From Yuukianura sp. NJ FZ-2021 (lineage: Eukaryota): a DNA stretch of 64,000 nt. The stretch is from positions 2,852,001 through 2,916,000 of the forward strand of contig CM102283.1 in NCBI GenBank assembly GCA_046563655.1. The letters run 5' to 3'. The notes under the pieces are model-generated. The model was given only the letters and a program-made list of their open reading frames with translations, was not told the DNA's origin and ran no database searches. Both the position numbers and the translations under genes were made by a program. Shown here piece after piece: positions 11,917-22,814 of this stretch; position 1 is the first letter of the stretch, and each line of letters starts with the position of its first letter.

Positions 11917-14734
11917 TTACCACAACGACGACCATCCGAGGTAATCTGAAATGTTAAGTCTTGTAAGTAGGTCGGAGGCATTAGGGAATACCATTGTTTC
12001 CTTGATTTGATCCAAAATTGAACTAGACAAAGCCGGGTCTTCCGTAAATACTAGTTTCTTTCCATTGTTTCTGTAACCATCGGCAGCACATGACAAGCAT
12101 CGAACAGATTCCACCACTCCAACTTCCGGTTTGAATCCGCCAGCATTCTTGGTAAGTTTCCCGCCAAATTCCAGTATATCACCTGATCGGTATGACAGAA
12201 TCAGTTTAGTAGCTTCCAGCTGACCACTCTTGTTCAAGTTCTCAGTTGACACGAAGAATAGCACAGGAGCAAAGGCAAGAGTTTCTGATTGCTTGCTGAA
12301 CATCGACGGTAGGAGGTCAAACCAGTTCCATTGTACTCCGTTTCCTGCTTGGAGGTATCCAGAAAGTAGCTCTTCTTGATCTCCAACGCTCATCAGTACT
12401 TCAAATTGCAAATTCGTTAAATTTTGAACATTTTTTGAAAATGAAACTTGCTCATTCGAAGTTGAAGATACTTCATGCTCTTTGAGTTTCACGTAGGAGA
12501 GTTTTCCAGTCCAGTTGACAGTCCGATTCAAGTAATTCGTGGTGCAGTAAATCTGGGTTTCAGCAATTGATCGGATTTTCCATGCCGGTCGATGACAATT
12601 CTGTTCGTATTCGATCCAACCTAGATTCGGAAGTTGCGATTGGTTGTCACTTTTGGATCCTGTATTCTGATTGGTGGTCGGATTAGTACCGAAAGTTCCG
12701 ACGAGAATGAGCCAAACAAGGACAATGATCGCGGTTTTACAACAAAGTCGTTTGAGCGGCAAACTTGGATTGACGAATTTGTAAATGCCGAAAGTCAGAA
12801 AAACTAGAAATGCGATTCCCAAAATTTCGATTTCAGCCATATTCCAAATGCAATCGGTGATGTTGGTTCCAAGACAAGTATAAAGTCCGTACGTAAATAC
12901 GTGGAGGAATTCTGGGCGTTGAGGACTGTGAGGCTTGTGGACATGCCTCATGCCCTTTTTGAACCGTAGTACAACAGCAAGTCCAATAAGGACGATAGTA
13001 AAGGTCACGGAAAGTGCCACGAAGTCTGGAAGTCGATAATGCTTGTGCATCAAGCTCAAGCACCAGAAGAGATATCCTTGGTCTTGTTTCGGAGTAACAG
13101 AAGAATCGCTCCAGTCCTTCTTTAGAGGAATTCTCAGCATTGCAGCTCCAACGTAACACCAGTAGACCTCATGTGGAATCGATTTCTGAAAATGTCTGAT
13201 TCTACCGAGGTTTAGCCCAAGAAACAACGTAGTGGCGATGAGACATTTTAGGAAGAAGTGAGAGTTGGTGAAAGTGGGGAAAAATGAGAATAAGCAGCCG
13301 AACATGACGTATGGGGCGAAGTAATTGTCAGAAAATCTGTCCAAGGCCTTCTGATCTGTCCATGGAACGTCTTCCTTCAAAGCACTTCGAAAAAGTTCGG
13401 ACCAATCTGAAACAAATCAAAAAGTTAGCACGAGGAGGTACTTTTCGGTTAGGCTATTTATGATTTTGATTAGCTTAATTCACATTGCGACTGACCTTGA
13501 AAAGTTTGCAATCGACTTTTGAACAAAACGAAGTTGTATGAAACCCAGGCTGAGAGGTAAGCACAGACGACGTGGACGCCAGAATCGTAGGAGATGAAAT
13601 CCAACAAGTGGGAAAATAGAATAAGTTGAAGGACAAAAGCAGTCCAAGGTGTGAAAAAGTTCCAGTCGTAGAGATATTTTGATTCAGAGTTGGAGTCGAT
13701 TGATACATCAGGAAGTTCCCCTTCGTTGAACTTAGAAGCGATACGGGTAAGATCATCCAGAGTAAGTTTAACTCCACTCTGACTTGCGTATTTGTTCTTC
13801 TTCAAAGAATCTGCTAAGTGTTCCGATTCGCAAGAACTGATGTAACTACTGGTATCGTTATCGTTGTCTTCGGCAGAAGTACTGGCGTGGTTGTTCAACT
13901 GCTCGCCTGTGCCGAAGTTCGTTGCTTGTGGCGCCGGGGCCTCAAAAGTGACCTTTGACTTGTAATTTTTGGAATCAAGTCTTGCCTGGAGCTGTATCGT
14001 TGTGATAAAGTCTTCTCCATTGCAGAGCCTGAAAATCAGTTAGATTATGAGCTTTGAAGATGTCAATATTCAAATCCTTATCAAGGCAAGGCGAATGTGG
14101 TTTACTTTGCATAAAGGAGACGGGCGGCCTTGAAAGTAAGCTTCTCGTTACGCGGAGTGGTGAGACACGCCTTGACATCCAAGATATTCTGACATGTTAT
14201 TCCTATCATGACAAAAGTAGGTAGGAAATGGATTCAATGGATTCAACACGGATTTCAACCTTACCATGACCGGAATCATAACATTCTTGTAACAACGAAG
14301 TAGCCTCATCGTTTCCTTGTTCCGAAGCTTTTATGAACCAGTAAACGGCAAGTCTTGCGTTCTCACCTAAACGAACAATAAGAACTTTAATCTCACACGG
14401 TTTATAGAAGTCATGCGACGTCGAGTAGTAAAGTATTCTTACGCTGTCCAGCAGCATCTACACAGTCGGCTTTGGAGTCCACCAGTAGCCTCTTGCCAAC
14501 GTCCAATTGAGCCTCTTCGCACCCATCTTCTGCCAAGTTAGCCTTCAGCAAATGAACACTCACGACGGATCGATCTACCCAACATAATTAAACCATTAGT
14601 TAATTAATTGATAGTTTAATTTTAATAAAAATAATCGTATTCAATTTCCGCTTACCTTGAAGACTCCACATTTTCCTGGCTTTCTTTACAGGCGGCTTAT
14701 TGATGGGGTTTCCTCCCCGAATCTCTCCAGCCAT
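11917..14734 (-). CDS. wfs1: Wolframin (WFS1)-like ER membrane protein; multi-exon, ATG at 14734, large terminal exon containing the 13380-11917 ORF
   Basis: Spliced N-terminus RKMWSLQ...LAEDGCEEAQLDVGKRLL...GENARLAVYWFIKASEQGNDEATSLLQEC..GHGIT..NILDVKACL...LCNGEDFITT matches the arthropod wolframin Sel1-like region as I recall it. It is followed by several TM segments and a luminal WIEYEQNCHRPAW...AETQIYC...TVNWTG Cys-rich/OB-like domain. Confidence 0.88.
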
Positions 14735-15071
14735 CCCTTATCCTAATTAGCACCAATTCTCGCTACCTTAATTAGTAATTGCTTAATCTGAAGTTAAAGT
14801 TAACTCGAAATTGCAATTTAACTAACCTAATTAAGTTGAATAAGCTCTAGATTGATCCGCAGAGTCTCAACAAGACAAGAGGTCTTGGTCTTGTCTAGTC
14901 TATAGTATGGGTGGAGGGAGGTGGAGGACAAGGACATGGAGTAACAACAAATTCAAAACAAGAACAGCTGATGCGAAATAGCATGATGCCAGTTTCAAAA
15001 ATACTTCTCCTTGCCGCTTTTTCCACTGACGCTCGAAAGCCCCGCCCACAGTGTAAAGACTCTCTCTCTTA

Positions 15072-16343
15072 TGCCTAATTCCCAATGACTGCATCGCACG
15101 GACGGACGCTGCATGCGATTGCAGCGCGGACGTACGTCCGTGCAGTGCGAATTCGGAAGGTGGTTCCCAATGGCTGCTCAAACGCATGCGTTTGCATCGC
15201 CCGACGTACGTCGGTGCGATGGTCCGATTTTCTGCTGCAACCCGGTTCTCAATGGAAGCGCAACGCTGCACATAAACAAAAAACATCTGTTGTTGTTTTT
15301 TTTTGAGTTTCCATTTTTGTATTGTTCACTGTTTCACTGTTTTACCTATTCTAACTATACAACAAAGTCACAAAAACTCTAGAATATGTTTTTATTTAAT
15401 AAATAACTAACCTAGGCAATGAATATGAGAAACTACAAAAGGCCAGCTACCTTGGAATTGTACCTTGGTAATAAATAATACCTAGTTTTCTTGGTACCAT
15501 TAGGGTAGCCTAGAACTGTTAATTACCATCTTTATCTAATCAGGTAAACGTTTAACCTAGTTGTAGTATAGGCACTCCGTTAAAATAGAAGCATTGTTCA
15601 AGTCCTATGACTGACTAGAATCATCCTCTTCAGTGTTATCCATTTATGATGAGGCCGATGATTCCAGATCCCGCTCGGAAACAGTTTCGTCACAGGACAT
15701 CCCTTCAGTTCCTTGTGTGTCATCATTAAAAGTGTCAGTTGTGCTGCGTAATAAAGTAATTTAAGGTTTTTAGTATAGGTTAGGTTTGGAACTTTTTTAG
15801 ATTATATTTAATTTGTTAAATAACCGATTACCGTGTTTGGGCATTGTGTTCCGTAAGAAACATCAGCGACTCGTATTATTTCCAAATAACTGGAATCTCC
15901 TCCAGCCCATCTGCACTTTTACCACTTAGATTATTATGTAAATTAATTAGTTAACGTTTTACAATGCGACAAAATCAAACTTCACGTTTTAATTTTTTTT
16001 AGTAAAACTAAAAGTGAACTAAACATCTGATTTTCAATTTGGTAAATTCAAAAGTTTTGTTTACATTTTTCACTTTCCCGCCTGACGTATGCGTCGACGG
16101 ACGCAAAAGTTAAGATTTTTCAACTCATGCGATTTTGCGAAAATCGCATGACGGATCGATGGATCCGATTTTCGCATCCGTCGATCGCATTGTGGTTCAC
16201 AATTGCTGACTGCAAGAAATCGCATGCGTCAGCGATTTTCGCATGACGCATGCAGCGGACGCAAACCGGTTCTCACACTTTCGATGCGAATTCGGATGCA
16301 GCATCCGAATTCGCATGCGATTGCAGTCATTGGGAACCTAGCT
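15072..16343. mobile_element. Non-autonomous PIF/Harbinger-like DNA transposon (~1.27 kb) with palindrome-rich subterminal regions
   Basis: TTA on both flanks (15069-15071, 16344-16346); 22-bp TIRs TGCCTAATTCCCAATGACTGCA vs AGCTAGGTTCCCAATGACTGCA (17/22, inner 15 identical); internal MADF-like remnant. Confidence 0.8.
15570..15929 (-). pseudogene. Remnant of a MADF/Myb-SANT-like accessory gene inside the Harbinger element
   Basis: Minus strand reads LSGKSADGLEEIPVIWK*YESLMFLTEHNAQTR, resembling the MADF C-terminal SGxxA...WKYYxxLxFL motif, with a stop at 15876-15878. A GT-AG intron (15832-15744) follows, then an acidic exon with two further in-frame stops. Confidence 0.65.
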
Positions 16344-16373
16344 TTATTAGAACGAAAATTTCAAATATTTTTC

Positions 16374-16702
16374 CGACCATATAATCACTTCCCAGATCAC
16401 TTATGAACAGACCTGTCAAAAATATTTAGTTCCCATGCCTGTAATGTTAACAAAATCAATATTTCGGGTGTTTTTGTTACTAAGTATTTATTTATTTGTC
16501 CATGCCCGTAATGTTAAGTTCGTAAATATTTCGACCTTTTTCAGTAAATATTGTATTTATTTAAATATTTCGCAGGTTTTTAGTAAATATTTTTGACAGG
16601 TCTGCTTATGAATTATCACTTGACGACCACCTACCACTTAACGACCGCCTATCACTTTCCCGACCACCGACCACATATCACTTCCGACTTCACGACCACT
16701 TA
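16374..16702. repeat. CGACCAC/ATCACTT degenerate repeat tract (likely subterminal repeats of an older element), interrupted by the hAT MITE
   Basis: Repeated cgacca(c)...atcactt units on both sides of the MITE. Confidence 0.45.
16408..16604. mobile_element. hAT-type MITE, 197 bp, apparently recent
   Basis: Perfect 21-bp TIRs CAGACCTGTCAAAAATATTTA (16408-16428, inverse 16584-16604); perfect 8-bp TSD CTTATGAA (16400-16407, 16605-16612); internal direct repeat CCATGCC(T/C)GTAATGTTAA. Confidence 0.92.
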
Positions 16703-17661
16703 TATTAGGCAGTATTTTCAATTTCATAATTTTCTCTATATTTAACATTGCATGAACTTTTGAAAACTGACGATATAAGATTGAAAAAAACTTTTTTTTT
16801 TTTTTTTTGAAAAAGAGAATGAATTTTTTGAGATGTTTGATTTGTCCCTTGGCCCTTTTGCTATGTACTATATAGTAAAGGTTACTCTACTTTAATAAAA
16901 TGCATAAACCTTTGAATTTAAATTTTAATCCCAATCTAATTAAAAGTTAAAATTTAAACATAACTAAAAATCTATAAAAACTAGAGTGGAAATAAGTTGG
17001 CCACTGGGAATTCCAAGGTCATAGACTTTGGCTCATGTTCTTCTGAATTGATAAATTGACCCAGCAGGAAACTGCAAATTCGATTAAGTCATGTCCACTC
17101 GTCTTCCTTTCCTATGTTCTTTGTATTTCAAAATCCAAAAATAGACAATTTTTGATTAGGTTGTATTGGACTAAACATTTTTATGAAAATTATTTTTTGG
17201 AAACAGCGGATGTGTACTTTTGTGCAACAGACTTATCGAGTACCCCGTGTGACCTCTATAAGTTTTAGGTTAAGGTTCCACTTTATCAATTTTTGGTTTA
17301 CAGGATGTTGGACTTTCTGGAAGTTGCGCAATAAAAATTTTTTGGACATTTCAGTCGAAGCTTGGCTTGACATTAATCTAGTTCTTACTTTTACAATTCA
17401 GTTTTTGAAAAATTTTAGTTACATTAGGGTCTCAAATTTTAAATTCAGAATTTACTTTTCAAATTTTTCCAAAGTTTTGTCGTTTGAATTTTGCTAATTT
17501 GACGTCTTTTTCAGGATGAACAAACAACAGCAACAAAAAGAAAACGAACGCTTTGCTTTTTCGCTTTGCCTTGTTAATCCGAAAATCTTGATTTTGGAAT
17601 TTTGAAATTTTTTCAAAATTTTGACTTAAAATTTTGTTTTTTCATGTCACGTGATTTCCAG

Positions 17662-19975
17662 GTTCCTGGAATGCCTGGATCTACACGTTCACCAATCACG
17701 ATTCCGGAAATGCCCGGATTTGAAAAAATTCGGTGCACAAAAGCCGGAGTTTTCATAAATCCGACCGACTGTAGCAAATTCCATAAGTGCTCAGAGGTCA
17801 CTGACAGGCGTGGCAGGTCAACTTGGCAAATTACGGAGTACGATTGTCCCCAACTGTTTATCTGGGACGAAAGTCAAAGGTCATGCGCACCCCACGATCA
17901 AGTTTTTCCAAAACCAGATTGCTGGGTGCACGTAAGTTTCAAAATTTCATGTTCCAGTGTTTAACTTCAGATTTTTCGAAATTTTGAAACGTTTTTTGTA
18001 AACAGAGCCGAGATAAGTTTGGCGTGAGAGGAGCACCAGCGCCAATGCCTGAAACAACAACGACAACGACCACTCCTGCACCTGAGGTAAAAAATCTTCA
18101 CCGATTTTCAAAATCTTGTGCGAATTTTGAAAATCTGGCACGAATTTTACGTGATTTTCACATTTTTTCATTGTTTTAGGAAACTGAGGGCGGTCAGACA
18201 ATGCGTCGACGCAGACCTAATGACCGTGAACCCCGCGTTGACCCGGTTTGCTACCTGCCTGGAGTTTACCCTGACATGAACAATTGTACAAACTACTACC
18301 AATGTCTCCCGAACCGCGGAGGTGAGCTCAGCTTGATCTGGCGACAATGCCCCAAGGGCAAAATGTTTGACCCGGCGACAGAAACATGTCGCCGAACTCG
18401 CGACGTCCAGCCGAAACCACCGTGCTGGGCTAACCACAAGTACATGAAACATGTCACCCGCGTTGACGAATTTGTTGAGGTCCTCGAAGGTCAAGTAAGG
18501 AAAATTTGTTTTTGCTTTGACCCGTCACTTTTCGACATTAACCTATGACTTTTTTACTTTAACCCGTGAATTTTTCACCTTAACCCATGACTTTTCTACC
18601 GTTGACCTTTTGACGTTCTTTTTGCAGGACACATCTCAAGAGATTTCTGGCGAACACGACCAGCAAGAAACTTCCGGAATCGTCCAAGGCTCCACCGCTC
18701 CTGGCAGCAGCTACGTTCGAACGGTCAATACCACATCGACGGTATGAACTACTTATAATTAGTTAAAATCGTAATTAAAATAGTTAATTAAAACTTATTT
18801 TATATTATTTTCGTTAACAAATTATATTATTTTTATTAAGTATTATATTTTAATCCAAGGACCTGTGTGTCTCTGAATCTTTTAAGGTCGATACGGAACA
18901 TCAAGTGACCCCCGGAGAAACTGTTGACTCCAGACCAATCAAGGGCAAGAAAACTCGAATCACGGTAACCTTAGTTGTTCAAAATTTTCAAAATTTGAGT
19001 TTTATAAAAATCTCGACTTTTCAAAATTTTATTTTTTTACGCCTGTGCAGATTCCGAAGAAGACTGGACCCAAACCAGTTCCAGTTTGTGAACAAGAGGG
19101 ACTCATTCCGCATCCAGCAGAATGTCCGAAGTATGTGAAGTGCATGAAGAGAGGCACTGCACTCAAAGTGTACCGCTTCTCATGTAGCCCTGCAGGGACC
19201 CTCTTTGACCCCTTGACCTTGACCTGCAAAGAAGCCAAGGAATTCCGACCAAAGACGAGCATTCCCGAGTGCGTCTACTGGGACGAACCGATTCGCCAAA
19301 TCTTTGAGGACATGCTGAACGAAGAAACGGAAGAAGATATCCAACCAGGGTTTAGCGTAAGGATACATTTTGGAACCAAATTCTAAAATTTTGAAATTTT
19401 TAGTTCAAGAAACTCTTAATTCGAAATTTTCATGTTTTTCAAAATTCGTTCATTGATTTTTTTTAGACACTGCAAACCACTACCGTTTCGCCTCCACCGA
19501 TGACCAGCACAGTTCGACCTCATAGTCCAGACGTAAGTTTCTAAGTTTTGAAAAAAGCTTTTCAAAATGCTTGCTTGCCTTAAAAATAACCTGCGCAAAG
19601 ATGCTAAAAATCGCACTGTTGTGCGAAAGTCGTCTTCGTTTTGTTGCTGTTGTTGGGAGAAGAAGTTCGTTTTAGTTGAAACAGTTTAGAAATTTCAAAA
19701 TTGGTGGGAAATTTCAAAAAAGAAGGTGACCACCGCCTTTTTTGTATTAGAGTCAAAATAAGGCGGGAGAAGTTTGTTCCTCAGAAGCAGGAACGATGCA
19801 GGGGAACCAGACGTAAGTTTTGTTTTCCAAAGTTCATTTTTTTTTCAAAATTTCAGAAAGTAGTAGAAAAATGTTTGGTTTCAGTCAAAGACGTGACTGT
19901 GAAACTGTATTTCTGACTTCAACGACTACTACAAGGCCTACTCGCAGATCGTCTTGGAGAAGACAACGACAATAA
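17662..19975 (+). CDS. Chitin-binding type-2 (peritrophin-A/CBM14) protein with three domains and Thr/Pro-rich linkers; 5' end not resolved. Exons approx. 17662-17931, 18006-18086, 18180-18494, 18628-18741, 18888-18964, 19051-19356, 19468-19532, 19751-19812, 19885-19975
   Basis: Three six-Cys ChtBD2 domains: CTKAGVFINPTDCSKFHKC...CPQLFIWDESQRSC..C; CYLPGVYPDMNNCTNYYQC...CPKGKMFDPATETC..C; CEQEGLIPHPAECPKYVKC...CSPAGTLFDPLTLTC..C. Confidence 0.8.
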
Positions 19976-20484
19976 TGAAAATGAAACTGTATTTGGACGT
20001 GATTTTTTTGGCGCGCAAATTTATGTATAGTACCATATGCACATGTATTAGTTTAGTCGTAGTTCCAAGTTTTACTACAAGGTTGTACAATTTTCAGAAA
20101 AAAATTTTTTGAACATTTATTGTTCTGAAAAAAGAAAAACGTTTTGCATTGCTCAAATCATGTCAAATGCAAAACAACCATAGACCGTAGCTCAAAAATT
20201 TAAAAAAAAAGAGAATCAAATTACAACAAAACTTGCAAGTTTGAAAAATTGCATAAAATTACAGCAAAACTTTTTGAACAATCGCCAACATCAATCCTCC
20301 AGAAAGATTACTTTGCAAATTAGATAAGTAAAATCCAACAGAATTTCCAGCAACGAGATGCGAAACTGCAGTTTCCTAGAGTTGTAAAAGCGTCCAGCAG
20401 GGTAAGAAAGTTAAAAATTTCAATTTGCAAAAATTTGCAAACCTTGCAGAAAAAAACTGTTTTACAAAAGTGTAAAACCGAAGT

Positions 20485-20491
20485 TATAAAA
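20485..20491 (+). promoter_or_regulatory. TATA box of the 20582 gene
   Basis: TATAAAA ~30 bp upstream of an Inr-like GCAGTT and ~95 bp upstream of the ATG. Confidence 0.5.
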
Positions 20492-20581
20492 GGGAGTGGA
20501 GCTGACCTTGAGCCTCGCAGTTGTCAAAGTTCATTCTGAAAGCTAAAAGGCACAAAAAAGTTTGCTTAAACTCGTACCAAA

Positions 20582-21507
20582 ATGTCACTCAAGGTCAAGT
20601 TCATCTTTTTTCTTGCTTTTGTGTGTGTGACCCTGGAGGTCAAAGGTGAAATCGGCACTTGGTTTAGACAGAGCCACGACCACGGTGGGGCAGCTTCAAA
20701 TCAACATCAGGAGCCACATCCAGAACACAAGAACGACGCAAGTAAGATGTCCCCTGGATGGAAACCTCCTGTGACCCCGGGGTCAGCAACCCCAGGCAGC
20801 GCAACCCCGGGGTCAACAACCCCGGACAAGGTAACCCCGCTCCATGAAATTCTGAACGCCACCAAAGGAGACATGCACAAGGCCAGACGAGACGCCAGTA
20901 GCGCAGCAGCAGCACAATCTACGACGACGCAACAAACGTTTGCAGCTCCCCCTCCAGTAGCAGCAGCTCCACTTCCAGCATATCCGTACCCACCAGCAGC
21001 ATATCCGTACCCACCATTTGGTGGCTTCTTCCCAGGATTCGGTGGTGGGGCAGGGGCGGGGCTTAACATTGGCGTCGATGCTGGCATCGGTGCTGGAGCT
21101 GGTGGATACTTTCCAATTATTGAAAAGGTGAGTCCAATTTTTGAAAACTTTAAATACAATGGGATGACCTTGACCTTGACCTGACATTTATTCAGAATTT
21201 CTAAATTCCAAAATTTTTGATTTCCCGCCTTTTTTTTTCTTTTGTGTCAAAGGTCATCGTCATAGTTGGTGGAGGAATTCTGATTCTGATCTTCCTGGCT
21301 ATCATCCAAGCGATCTTTACGAAAGGCGGATTGGGTAGAGGATTCGATAAGATGTTTGGCTTTGATGCTGCCAAGTCTTTTGCTGGATCGGTGGATGTGA
21401 ATGCTGGACCATTCCATGCTTCCAAGTCAGCCTCAGGATCAGTAGCCTTCGACCAGAACGCTCATCTCACACAGAGAGTCATGAACGGAGTCAACCAACG
21501 CTGGTAA
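20582..21507 (+). CDS. Secreted/membrane Gly-Pro-Ala-Tyr-rich protein, possibly cuticle-associated. Exons 20582-21127, 21253-21507
   Basis: Signal peptide MSLKVKFIFFLAFVCVTLEVKG; TPGSA repeats; KARR dibasic site; PAYPYPP/GGF low-complexity region; hydrophobic VIVIVGGGILILIFLAIIQAIF; phase-0 GT-AG intron. Confidence 0.75.
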
Positions 21508-22106
21508 ACTCTAACATGCACAATTAGCATAGTAGTTAAGTCAGTTAAAGCTAAAATTCACTCAACTTCTGCAAAAAGTTAGCATTTTTGCTAAACTTCT
21601 GTCAATTTTAACTGCATTTGTTCGCATCACGTTAGTCGCATAAATTTAAATTTAACTGAAAAAAGTAATTAGTCTTTAGTAAAATCTTATTCGCTTTGCC
21701 AAAGAAATAAAGTCTGCAAGAAAAAAAGTCAAAACCAAAAACTTGTGTGCAGATTTTTTTTTTTTGCATTTTCATTTCATCTCTGCCTTTGACACAAGCT
21801 TGTGATGAAAATTTCTATTTTTAAACACAGTTTCACCTTTAGGCAAAGCAGGAACTGTGCCGTGAGTTTGTACTCTGTTATTTGTTAAGGCAAACATTAC
21901 TGTTGACTCAGAGCTTGTGTTTTTCAAAACAGAATTTTCAAAAAGTTACATTTAAAACATGTTTAGAAAAAAAACACATTTTGAAACGTGTGTGTTTAAA
22001 AGCATGGGACTTGTTTTCCTTGTCACCACAACTTCCCGATCCCGACGAGTCATTCCACTTTTGTTTTTTCCAATTGAATTCATTCAACCCCAGTTGATAT
22101 CAGTTG

Positions 22107-22196
22107 CATCATCATGCATCATCATCATCATCTTCACTGTTCATCATCATCATTGTTCATCATCATCATCATTGTTCACCATCCTGGTTCATCATC
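22107..22196 (+). repeat. Imperfect (CAT)n microsatellite
   Basis: catcatcat runs interspersed with tgtt. Confidence 0.8.
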
Positions 22197-22814
22197 CTCT
22201 TATATTGATGAGTACTTGTCGCATACTCCTACAATTTTGTTTTGCACGGTGCCTGGTTGTGCTTTTGGAGGAAGGAAGTCAGAAATTTTAAAATCCTTTT
22301 TTCAGAATTTTGAATTTTGAATTTTTCAAGTTGCTGCTGTATGACTTTTGGAACACCCTGTACATTTGTGTTTGGATTTCAAAATTTTGTTGTAAACTGG
22401 AAGGTGAAGGCGAGTTGAAAAACAGGTTGAACGTTGATTGTAAAAAGTAGTATTTTGTATTCCTTGTGCAAGTGCTGATTCCTGTTCCAAAGTGAAATTA
22501 ATGTGCATTGCCATGGGAGATTAGTTATTAAAGTGGAGTTTAAGTGGGCCCAAATCTTCACACAATTCCAAAGCAGTTGAGGAATAAAAAACCACAGCGG
22601 AGGGTGGGCTCGAACTCAAGGCCAGACTAAAAGAGAAACTGTTTTGTTCTTGTGCTTCTGGAGATTTCACCTCTCATTTGTCTTCTTGTTCCACTTTTGA
22701 CGTGAAGGTGTCAAGTGGTGTAGTTACAGTAGTGTTACATTCAAAGTGTAGAAAATAGTTATTTTTGACGTGTAAAAGTGTAACACTAGTGTTACAGCAT
22801 TTGCATCCGTTGGC

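Noticed and set aside
14900-15382. Overlapping ORFs at the Harbinger left end
   Set aside because: They arise from GC-rich palindromic subterminal repeats and cross the element boundary
22114-22320. Poly-His/Ile/Ser ORFs
   Set aside because: Translation of the (CAT)n microsatellite
22595-22630. Pol III B-box-like GAGTTCGAGCCC on the - strand (tRNA/SINE?)
   Set aside because: No A-box or cloverleaf discernible
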